Assembly: GCA_963665095.1 (NCBI GenBank)
Contig: OY762069.1
Span: 1,888,001 to 1,952,000 of the forward strand
Reading direction: 5' to 3'
DNA length: 64,000 nucleotides
Source of the DNA: an uncultured Desulfobacter sp.
GTDB taxonomy: Bacteria; Desulfobacterota; Desulfobacteria; Desulfobacterales; Desulfobacteraceae
Part shown: positions 50,836 to 59,268 of the stretch, piece by piece
Layout: each line of letters starts with the position of its first letter
Position numbering within the stretch: the first letter of the stretch is position 1
Notes under the pieces: model-generated
The model's database searches: none
The model's input: the letters and a program-made list of their open reading frames with translations, nothing else
Told to the model about the DNA's origin: nothing
Position numbers and translations under genes: made by a program

Positions 50836-52509
50836 ATGAATTTTATATTTGCAAAATTAAACAGCCGATTGTGGATTAAAGTAATGGTTCCTGTCTGCAT
50901 TCTTCTGACTCTGGTCATGGGCATTTCCCTCTGGTTTAACATGAAAACCCAGACCCGATTAGGCATGGACCAGCTCAGTATTCAAAACATGAGCCTGGCC
51001 AAGGCAGTTGAAGGCGGCATGTTTGATGCCCTGGCCACAGGAGATAATGACACTGTCAGAGCCCAGTTCAAGCGCCTGGGTGAAAAGGTTGATAACTTAA
51101 AGGTTTACGTATACAGCTTTGACAAAACCATCACCTTTTCCACGGATCCCGAAGCTGTGGGCAGACCAGTTGACCAGTATACACCTGGCAATGCATCACA
51201 GGATATTGAAACGATGATGACCCAGGGGCAGGCATCTCACCAGTCTTTTGTCACCACCATAGCACAATCAAACTATATTATTATAAATGAACCCATTGCC
51301 AATGACCAGAGATGCTACCACTGTCATGGAAAGCGTAAAATCCTGGGAGGGATCTCTGTACTTTCTTCCATGGCCCCGCTTCAGAAAAATGTTGCCATGG
51401 CTGAAAGAAAAAGCATTCTGATCTGCGTGGCTGGTCTTGGGACTATTGTATTACTGATCTGGGTGATTTTTATCTTTCTGGTCAATAAAAAAGTAGGCAG
51501 TGTTCTGGAAACAGCTTCAAGGCTGATCCAAAAGGATTTTTCCCACACAGACAAGGTAAAACAGGGGGACGAGATCAACCATATTCTTAACCGTCTCAAC
51601 CAGGTCACCAGCGAACTTAGGGGCACCATCCGACAGATCATTGCCAATGCTGAGAAACTGACTGTTGCATCCTCCGACATGACCGGGATAGCAGGGACAC
51701 TTGACACGTCAAGCACCAACGCATCTGATGAGGCAACCCAGGTATCTGCCGCAGCAGAAGAGATGAGCGTTACCAATAAGGCCGTTAATGAAGCCATGGA
51801 GGGGGCCTCCGTCAGTTTAACCGCCGTTGCCAAGGCAGTGGAAGAGATGAGTGCAACAGTGGCAGATATCTCCCAAAATTCCTCTGAATCCAAGGCCGTT
51901 ATCAAGGATATGGTGACAGGTTTTGACCAGATTCTTGATGCTGTCAGTAACCTGGGTGGCCAGGCAGACGATGTGGACGCCGTTACCGACGAAATCCGTG
52001 CCATGTCTGAACAGGTATCCCTTCTGGCTCTAAACGCAAAAATTGAGGCAGCCAGGGCAGGAGAGGCTGGTAAAGGCTTTGCCGTGGTGGCCCAGGAAAT
52101 TACTGAGCTGGCACTGAACAGTAATCAGGCAACCGTTCAGGCAGACGAAAAGCTTGCAGGAATTAAAAACACGGCCAGGGATCTGATAGATCAGGTGACC
52201 GGACTGACGGAGCATGTCAAAAAAAGTGACCATGCCATGGCCGGTATTGCAACAGCTGTGGAGGAACAGAGCGTCTCCACCCAGGAGATTGCCAAAAACA
52301 TCAGTGAGGTCAGCGAAAAAATAACAAAGGTAACGGAGCGGGTTGCATCTGGAGCCCAGACCGCAGACGAAATTGCCCAGTCTATTGCGGTGGTGAGGGA
52401 GATGTCAGGTGCGGTGGGAAAAAAGAGCGACGAACTGAATAAAAGTGCCCGGCACCTGTCTGACATGGCCGATCATTTCTCAAATCTGATGAAGCAGTTC
52501 AAGGTTTAG
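50836..52509 (+). CDS. Methyl-accepting chemotaxis protein with a periplasmic heme-c sensor
   Basis: Two TM segments; CYHCH in the periplasmic domain; HAMP; LLALNAKIEAARAGEAGKGFAVVA signalling hairpin. Confidence 0.92.
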   Translation: MNFIFAKLNSRLWIKVMVPVCILLTLVMGISLWFNMKTQTRLGMDQLSIQNMSLAKAVEGGMFDALATGDNDTVRAQFKRLGEKVDNLKVYVYSFDKTITFSTDPEAVGRPVDQYTPGNASQDIETMMTQGQASHQSFVTTIAQSNYIIINEPIANDQRCYHCHGKRKILGGISVLSSMAPLQKNVAMAERKSILICVAGLGTIVLLIWVIFIFLVNKKVGSVLETASRLIQKDFSHTDKVKQGDEINHILNRLNQVTSELRGTIRQIIANAEKLTVASSDMTGIAGTLDTSSTNASDEATQVSAAAEEMSVTNKAVNEAMEGASVSLTAVAKAVEEMSATVADISQNSSESKAVIKDMVTGFDQILDAVSNLGGQADDVDAVTDEIRAMSEQVSLLALNAKIEAARAGEAGKGFAVVAQEITELALNSNQATVQADEKLAGIKNTARDLIDQVTGLTEHVKKSDHAMAGIATAVEEQSVSTQEIAKNISEVSEKITKVTERVASGAQTADEIAQSIAVVREMSGAVGKKSDELNKSARHLSDMADHFSNLMKQFKV

Positions 52510-53303
52510 GCGGAACGACCGGCGCACACCAGGTCCGATAGCTTTTCGAGAACCGGGCCGGCGGTTGCCCGGATAACCATGTCAGCCTGAGCATCCAGAG
52601 GCGTTTCCGACAGATTGATAATTGCCAGAAATGCCCCGCTGTTTTTTGCATAAACCGGCATGGAGGCTGCCGGCTGGACCTTGAGGGTGGAGCCCACCGC
52701 AACAAACACATCGCTTTGCGCGGAAAGGGCTGCCGCCTGTCGGGTCTCCTTTTCCGGCATGGCCTGCCCAAAGGAGATGGTGTCTGGCTTAAAATAGCCG
52801 CCACACCTGCACTCAGGGGCTGGGTCTCCTGCATCCATTCGTTCCAGAATCTCACCCCAGGAGATAAACTTGCTGCAGGACATGCACCGAATCCGCCTGG
52901 CATTGCCGTGAAGTTCAATGATCCTGTCCCCAGGCACCCCTGAGGCCTGGTGAAGTCCGTCAATATTCTGGGTAATCAGGCAGGACAAAAATCCCAGTTT
53001 CTCCATACGGGCCAGCGCCAGGTGCCCCTTGTTAGGCTGGGTTTCGCGAAGACTTATTTCCATATCAACCCGCTGCTTCCAATATTCGACTCTGGCAGCT
53101 TTTGATGACATGAACTCATCAAAATATACCGGTCTGAACTGATCCCACAGCCCGCCCTGACTGCGGTAGTCTGGAATACCGCTCTCTGTTGATATGCCGG
53201 CACCGGTAAAAAAAGCAATGGTGCGGGCCAGGCAGATGCGTTCCGCCCAAAGGCGAATAAGCCCTTCTGTTCTCTTTTCACCCGGTATTCTCTCTTTATC
53301 CAT
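52506..53303 (-). CDS. Sir2 family NAD-dependent deacylase
   Basis: TGAGISTESGIPDYR, TQNIDGLH, ELHG, Zn cysteines, VGSTL.V.PAA and IIN motifs. Confidence 0.93.
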   Translation of the reverse strand: MDKERIPGEKRTEGLIRLWAERICLARTIAFFTGAGISTESGIPDYRSQGGLWDQFRPVYFDEFMSSKAARVEYWKQRVDMEISLRETQPNKGHLALARMEKLGFLSCLITQNIDGLHQASGVPGDRIIELHGNARRIRCMSCSKFISWGEILERMDAGDPAPECRCGGYFKPDTISFGQAMPEKETRQAAALSAQSDVFVAVGSTLKVQPAASMPVYAKNSGAFLAIINLSETPLDAQADMVIRATAGPVLEKLSDLVCAGRSA

Positions 53304-53383
53304 AAGATTTCCTGCGCCTCACAGTATATTAAATTTAAACCCGTATTCTATATTCAGCTAAACACTGTTTTTCAAAAGGGATA

Positions 53384-53425
53384 AATAACCAGAGCCGGTC
53401 TAAAGACAGACCGGCTCTGGTTATT
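53384..53425. terminator. Strong hairpin, probable terminator
   Basis: Perfect 18-bp stem AATAACCAGAGCCGGTCT / AGACCGGCTCTGGTTATT. Confidence 0.7.
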
Positions 53426-53510
53426 ATTAAATACGGAAAAGATGAAATCTATACAGAGGGTATGACTCCCATACGGCATCTGTTCAAAATTACCGTGAAC
53501 AGCTCTGAAG

Positions 53511-54428
53511 TTATCCCTGATTCAGTTCTTCAACGATCTTTTTGATGACTTCATCGGCATTGTCAATGGGCACCTGACAAGTTCCCACCCGCCTGTGACC
53601 GCCGCCGCCGTACTTGAGCATCAAAGAGCCCACGTCTGCTGTGGCACTTTTGTCAATAATGCTGTAACCACAGGTGATGACGATATTCTGGCGCTGAAAG
53701 CCCCACATAATCTGCATGGAGATGTTGGCATCGGGAAACAGACTGTAAAGCATAAACCGGTTACCGGTGTATATTTCGTCCTGCTCCCGCAGATCCAGGA
53801 CCACAATTTTTCCTTCCATGCGGCTGTTGTCCAGAAGCATCTGCCTGAAGGGCCTGTCCTGTTCAAAATAGCGTATAGTGCGCTCCCTGATATCAGGAAT
53901 CTTCAGGATCTCCTCATCAGTTTTGTTGCGGCAGTAGTCAATCATGTCCATCATCAGCGCATAGTTGCTGATGCGATAATCTTTATACCGGCCGAGACCG
54001 GTGCGCGGGTCCATGATAAAGGAGAGAAGCACCCACCCTTCCGGGTTCAGAATTTCCTCTTTGGTAAACTGAGCCGCGTCCGCCTTGTCCACAGCGTTAA
54101 CAAGATCATCAAGGTGGTCATTTTTAAAATAATCAAGCCCCCCGTAATAATCATAAATCACCCTGGCAGCACTGGGTGCGGACGGATCGCTTTTCCCCTC
54201 AAAATCACCAAAGGCCTGGCGTTCCTGTTCACTGGAATGATGATCAAACCAGATGCCGCAACCAGGCACAAAAGGGATATTTGCCAGAATGTCATCGGAT
54301 GTTACTTCAATCTTGCCGTCCTGGATATCCTTGGGATGCACAAATTTTATATCCTCTATGATGCCCTTTTCTTTAAGAATGGCAGCACACCCCAAACCGT
54401 CAAAATCGGATCGAGTAACCAGTCGCAT
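53511..54428 (-). CDS. DHH-superfamily phosphoesterase (exopolyphosphatase-like/nanoRNase-like)
   Basis: RLVTRSDFDGL, FDHH and DHHA1 GGGGH motifs. Confidence 0.85.
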   Translation of the reverse strand: MRLVTRSDFDGLGCAAILKEKGIIEDIKFVHPKDIQDGKIEVTSDDILANIPFVPGCGIWFDHHSSEQERQAFGDFEGKSDPSAPSAARVIYDYYGGLDYFKNDHLDDLVNAVDKADAAQFTKEEILNPEGWVLLSFIMDPRTGLGRYKDYRISNYALMMDMIDYCRNKTDEEILKIPDIRERTIRYFEQDRPFRQMLLDNSRMEGKIVVLDLREQDEIYTGNRFMLYSLFPDANISMQIMWGFQRQNIVITCGYSIIDKSATADVGSLMLKYGGGGHRRVGTCQVPIDNADEVIKKIVEELNQG

Positions 54429-54541
54429 GTATTTCTCCTTTATTACGAAATTGATAGATGAGAATACAGTTACCCTACCATAAAAATGATAAAAAGCTCA
54501 AATCTTTTTAACGGCTCTGTTGTTTTCAATCCAGTATCTGT

Positions 54542-55147
54542 CTATTCATAATGTCCGGCCAGGGGATCTTTACCGTCAGGAAACATGGCACCAAAGGGAT
54601 CACTTTGATCCAGATCTGCGGCAGTGCAGTAGTGCATGCCTTTTTTCCCGCCGGTCATCATCAAGGGGCAGGCCTTTTGAAGATCCAGCCGACCGCCAGG
54701 GGTGAGGAAGGCGTCGTCTACTTCCAGCCGCTTCACATGTCCCATGATCAGGGTATACCCCTCTCCTGTGTGAAGTCCGGCCAGTCTGCATTCCATCCAG
54801 GCATAGGCCCCTTCAATGCCCGGGGCCTTAATTGTTTCCGAAGGCTTAAGACTAAGGCCGGCCAGTTTAAACTCGTCCTCCTCGGGCCTTGAGAATCTGG
54901 CTGTGGGAATCACCTTGTCCACAAAAGACTTTCCCGCCAGGTTGACCACAAACTCCTCTGTATCCTTGATATTAACCAGCGTGTCCCGTTTCTGGGCCGA
55001 GGCCAGGCAGATCAGATCCAAAGGCCGCAATACCGGCATAATACAGGAATACGGGGCTATATTGTTGACACCATCCTTGCTGCAGGTGGAAATAAACGCC
55101 ACAGGCAACGGCATGAAACCTTCTCTCATAAAGGGTTTGAATAACAT
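54542..55147 (-). CDS. Flavin reductase-like (DIM6/NTAB) protein
   Basis: P.PVAFIST...G..NIAPYS, DTL.NI..T.EFVVN and MEC motifs. Confidence 0.88.
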   Translation of the reverse strand: MLFKPFMREGFMPLPVAFISTCSKDGVNNIAPYSCIMPVLRPLDLICLASAQKRDTLVNIKDTEEFVVNLAGKSFVDKVIPTARFSRPEEDEFKLAGLSLKPSETIKAPGIEGAYAWMECRLAGLHTGEGYTLIMGHVKRLEVDDAFLTPGGRLDLQKACPLMMTGGKKGMHYCTAADLDQSDPFGAMFPDGKDPLAGHYE

Positions 55148-55173
55148 CTGACGTATCCTTTCTTAGGTGAATA

Positions 55174-56241
55174 CTATTTTGTTTCCGGCCAGGATGCATC
55201 CCTGCCCAGAAGCAACTCAAGGGGATTGGCGCCAAGCTGGACAAGGGCATCCACATCCTGCCTTGTTTTAAGCGTCTTTGTCTTAACCACGGAGACAAAC
55301 TTTTCGGGCTGGTCCAGGTATTGGGACAGAAAGCGGTTATACACGGCATGGAGCCAGGGGCTGCTTCGCCAGTCCAGTTCTTCTTTACCCAGTCCTGCAA
55401 ATTTCCGGAAAGCCTCCCACTGCCAGTCAAAGGAGAGTACCCATGCCTGGCCACCGGCAGCCGGTCCGTCTTTCCTGACAATGATACCCCCTAAATTCTG
55501 GTAGACCCCATCTGCTGTGGTCCATGCCCGGTTCCAGGGATAGGCCATGGTCACATAGCCATGTTTTCCCGGGGTCAGGTTCATCATCTCCATGATCAGA
55601 TCATCCTGGCACCAGGCCGGTGCCCCGATGTACATATAACTCTGAGCCTTTGACAGCGGGAACTGCCCAAGAATATACCGGACTGTAAAATACCCGGTAA
55701 ACACCCCGCAGCAAAGATGGTCATGAAAAAGGCTGCCCGAAAGCATGGCAGGCGGCACCTTGTCTGCCCATCCATTGGCCAGGGTCACCAGGGAAAACGC
55801 CTCTTTGCCAAAGGCCTGGTTAAACGGGGTAAAATCCGTGCCCTTGTTTACCCGTATATTCAAGGGCCCCTTCAGTTCATATCCCTGGCTGGTGATCCGG
55901 ACCAGCACCATGTTTAACGTCTCAGAATCCGGCTGGCTGATAAACGCAGCCCATGGCGCCATACCCCAGGCGCGGTGAACCATAAGCAGGCTGCCCTGCC
56001 CTATACTGACATGTTCCTTTCGGCAGAAAAGATCCAGAAGGATGCGACAGGAGTGACCATCAAGCATGGCAGAGTCCGCATTGGTCAGGCAGGCATCAAC
56101 AGTCCCCGGTGCCAGTGCCTTTTCAGCGGCCTGAACCGCCTCAGTGCCAAAAATTTCAATATCTTTCGCACTGAAACCGGCGGCAGGGAAACACAATACA
56201 GCACATGCCCAGAATATCAAATAAGCGCACAGGTGTTTCAT
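55174..56241 (-). CDS. Exported FmdE-like domain protein
   Basis: Signal peptide; FHDHLCCG..GY (FmdE FHGHxCxG-like), WCQDD and TPGK motifs. Confidence 0.75.
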   Translation of the reverse strand: MKHLCAYLIFWACAVLCFPAAGFSAKDIEIFGTEAVQAAEKALAPGTVDACLTNADSAMLDGHSCRILLDLFCRKEHVSIGQGSLLMVHRAWGMAPWAAFISQPDSETLNMVLVRITSQGYELKGPLNIRVNKGTDFTPFNQAFGKEAFSLVTLANGWADKVPPAMLSGSLFHDHLCCGVFTGYFTVRYILGQFPLSKAQSYMYIGAPAWCQDDLIMEMMNLTPGKHGYVTMAYPWNRAWTTADGVYQNLGGIIVRKDGPAAGGQAWVLSFDWQWEAFRKFAGLGKEELDWRSSPWLHAVYNRFLSQYLDQPEKFVSVVKTKTLKTRQDVDALVQLGANPLELLLGRDASWPETK

Positions 56242-56268
56242 TGAATTTATATTCCTTTTTTGCTTTGT

Positions 56269-58389
56269 TTAAAATGTCAGCCGAATACCGGCCATTACAG
56301 TGGTACCAGGCATGGGATATCCTTCACGTTCCTGGTACGCTTCATCCAGAATGTTGTCGGCAGCTGCTTCAAGCTCTGCAGTGACCAGCTTGCTTTCATA
56401 AATTTTATACCTGGCTGCCATATTGACCAGGGTATAGGCATCCAGGGTCACAACAGTGGCGCTGGTAAAATGCTCCCGTTCATCCACATGGGACACCCAG
56501 AACCTGGCGGAGAAGGGACCCTGCTCAAAATCAATGCCGGCGTTGAACATGGTGTCAGGCAGATCCGGCAGTTCCCTGGACAATGCATTGTCCTCATCCC
56601 AGGGGTCATCAGATTTGTCACCCTTCTGCCAGGTGGCATTGGCCCATAGTTTCAGGTTCAACGGCAGGGCATAACTGAATCCCAGTTCCATACCTCTGAT
56701 TTTCACTTTGCCGATGTTATAGTAAACAGATCCGACCCCTGATACTGTGGTAGAAGAGATGTAATCTTTGATATCGTAGTAATAGCCACGGATAAAGCCT
56801 TGAAAATTCGGACCGAATCCCTGGTCAAGCCCCAGTTCATACTGAATTGCTTCTTCAGAGTTAAAGGTAGTATTAAAATAATTTGTGGCATTGTTCAGGT
56901 ACCACCAGAAATATTCAGGAGAGGTGGGATACCGGTGGGCAATGCCCCACCTTGCGGTAATTTTGGTCTGCTCCATCGGCGCATAAACAACACCGATTCT
57001 CGGATCGGTGTTAGACTCGCTAATACTGGTCACATCCGCATCCCAGGTGAATCCAAAGGCATCAGGATCCACTGTCCCCGCCTTAAACCACTCCTGACGC
57101 AGCCCCAGTTCAAGGCTTAACTCAGGCAGGATCTGCCAGGTATCCTGAACATAAAGGGCATGATACTTCATGATGTCTTCCTGGCCCAGGAATCCATTCT
57201 TTATAAAGGTCATGTAATTAATGGAATAATTAAAATAGGATTCGTCAATATAGATCACGTCCTGGCTGCCCCAGCCGTAACGGCGGGTTTCACCGCCCAC
57301 CTCCACCAGATGGTCTCCCATGGTCCTGGCATAGGAGGTGTTCAAAAGCCAGTTATTATCCTCGGCATCGGTTTCCCGTTCATATATTTTTTTATCAGGA
57401 TTAGCGGCATCATAATAGGTTTCAGTGGCATTCTGGTTCCACAGACGGCCTTCAAACCGGAAATTTGACACCTTTGTTTTATGGGCCACATAGGCGGTGA
57501 CATTGGTGTTTTCCTCTTCCGTATAAGAGCCGTCCCCCCAGGCGGTTGCACCGCTGAGCAGCCGGACGCTGATACCGGGGCCTCCCAGTTCCTTTTCATC
57601 TGCCAGAGGATATGAGGGATCATAGTAAGCGGAGTCGGTTCTGTTATACACAGGGTTGCCGTTCTCCGTGGTGGAATAGTCAAACCCCGCACCCATTTCC
57701 CAGTTCCCGGGCAGATCCACAGAAAGAGATCCCGATCCCCTGTCCCTGTCCAGGTAGTTGTTTCTCAAATAGCCGTCGGTTTCATAATGTCCGGCAGACA
57801 GATTCCAGGAAAAGGCCCCCTGCTTCCAGGCATGGCTAATACCTGTATCCAAAGTGGACAGACTGCCAATGGAAAAATTGATCTGGGTAAAGGGATCGGT
57901 GTCAGGCTGGCGGGTCACCATGTTCACCACACCACCAAGGGTATTGCCGTATTTGGCCGGACAGGCGCCTTTAAAAATCTCAATGGATTCCAGGGCCTGG
58001 GCTGAAAAGGAGGCCCAGTCAATGGCGCCTTTGCCATAGGATCCGTCCCGGTTTAAAGGGATGCCGTTTTGTCGGACGCTTAAACGGGTCTCATCAAATC
58101 CGCGCACCCTCAAAACACCTGATCCGGTACCGGACTGGCTCTGGCGGCGAATCTGGATGCCTGCCCGGTTATCCAGCAGGTCCAGGATGTTCCCGCTGGA
58201 CACAGGCGTCTGGATCTCTTTTAAATCAACGGTTTCCGTTTCCTGGGCTTCATTGGTCTTTTGTGCCGATACCACCAGGGGTTCAAGTTCAGTTACATCT
58301 GTGTTTGTCTTCTGTTCTCCTGCATAAAGGCCTGTGCTGCAGAACAGAGCCAGACAGATCAAAACAGCTATCGTTTTCAAAACAGTCAT
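56269..58389 (-). CDS. TonB-dependent outer-membrane receptor
   Basis: Signal peptide; TonB-box-like LEPLVVSA; plug (VRGF, IEIFKG, GGVVNMVT); C-terminal NILD..Y and terminal Phe. Start behind RBS GGAGAGG. Confidence 0.93.
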   Translation of the reverse strand: MTVLKTIAVLICLALFCSTGLYAGEQKTNTDVTELEPLVVSAQKTNEAQETETVDLKEIQTPVSSGNILDLLDNRAGIQIRRQSQSGTGSGVLRVRGFDETRLSVRQNGIPLNRDGSYGKGAIDWASFSAQALESIEIFKGACPAKYGNTLGGVVNMVTRQPDTDPFTQINFSIGSLSTLDTGISHAWKQGAFSWNLSAGHYETDGYLRNNYLDRDRGSGSLSVDLPGNWEMGAGFDYSTTENGNPVYNRTDSAYYDPSYPLADEKELGGPGISVRLLSGATAWGDGSYTEEENTNVTAYVAHKTKVSNFRFEGRLWNQNATETYYDAANPDKKIYERETDAEDNNWLLNTSYARTMGDHLVEVGGETRRYGWGSQDVIYIDESYFNYSINYMTFIKNGFLGQEDIMKYHALYVQDTWQILPELSLELGLRQEWFKAGTVDPDAFGFTWDADVTSISESNTDPRIGVVYAPMEQTKITARWGIAHRYPTSPEYFWWYLNNATNYFNTTFNSEEAIQYELGLDQGFGPNFQGFIRGYYYDIKDYISSTTVSGVGSVYYNIGKVKIRGMELGFSYALPLNLKLWANATWQKGDKSDDPWDEDNALSRELPDLPDTMFNAGIDFEQGPFSARFWVSHVDEREHFTSATVVTLDAYTLVNMAARYKIYESKLVTAELEAAADNILDEAYQEREGYPMPGTTVMAGIRLTF

Positions 58390-58442
58390 CAATCCTCTCC
58401 TTTTGTTAAAATCAGTGTTGTTGAACACGCAAATCAGCCAAT

Positions 58443-58497
58443 AAAAAAAGCCACAAAGATCCATTCCCCCCTTTAAGGGAAAAGACCTTCGTGGCCT
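58443..58497 (-). terminator. Intrinsic terminator hairpin directly upstream of the TonB receptor gene (possible attenuator)
   Basis: Minus strand GCCACGAAGGTC...GATCTTTGTGGC with an inner TTCCC/GGGAA stem, then a T7 run. Confidence 0.7.
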
Positions 58498-58541
58498 GAG
58501 TTTAAAAAACTATAAAACTATGAAAATCTGTTGCTAAAAAC

Positions 58542-59069
58542 TTAAAACAACAGATGGTGGATCAACAGCAGGTTTGAATCTTCCATGGCCTCCAGTTCAT
58601 GATCATGGATGGCTTTGAAACGAATGGATTCTCCTGGTGCAAGAATGCAGGGATCGTCAAGGACGGTTACTTTTACCCGGCCTGAAAGAACCATGCAGAT
58701 CTCAGCCGTGTCATCATGCAGGTCCGGCGTAGAAATTGTCCGGCTTCCCTGGGCCGCCTCAAGATAAAATATCTCAAATCCGGAAAAGTTCACCTGGAAT
58801 CCTTTAAAGCCGTCCTGGTCATAGGCGGTTCTCCTCCCGGATTCCGGTTTTTCTATCTCGGCCATCTCAACCAGCTGGCTGGCAGTCAGCTGGAATACCC
58901 GGCCCAAGGCACTGAGCGTCTCAATGGTGGGGTTGCCCTTTCCTGACTCCAGTTTGGCAATGGTGGCACGGGTGATATTGGCTTTCCCGGCAAGCGTTTC
59001 AGCTGTCATTCCCCGCTTCATGCGAAGGTTTCTGACAATGGAAAAATCAAAATTCTGTGTCTGTTCCAT
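58542..59069 (-). CDS. XRE family regulator with C-terminal cupin domain
   Basis: HTH (LA..ANITRATIAKLESGKGNPT); cupin (H...E...VLSG...GESI.F...H). Confidence 0.9.
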   Translation of the reverse strand: MEQTQNFDFSIVRNLRMKRGMTAETLAGKANITRATIAKLESGKGNPTIETLSALGRVFQLTASQLVEMAEIEKPESGRRTAYDQDGFKGFQVNFSGFEIFYLEAAQGSRTISTPDLHDDTAEICMVLSGRVKVTVLDDPCILAPGESIRFKAIHDHELEAMEDSNLLLIHHLLF

Positions 59070-59199
59070 GGCAAACTCATGTATATTATAGTTTTCATCA
59101 TGTCAATTATATTATTAAAATTCACTAATTTTTCTGAAACTTTCCCGTGGGAGTGATGAGGGGATGATATCTGAACGAGCCGGCACAGGCACCAAATAC

Positions 59200-59228
59200 A
59201 AAGCGGGCATGGAAATCATGCCCGCTTT
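59200..59228. terminator. Terminator after xsc
   Basis: 12-bp stem AAAGCGGGCATG / CATGCCCGCTTT. Confidence 0.7.
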
Positions 59229-59268
59229 ATATTCAAATAGGTATCTGTATCAGTACTTTTTATGACAG

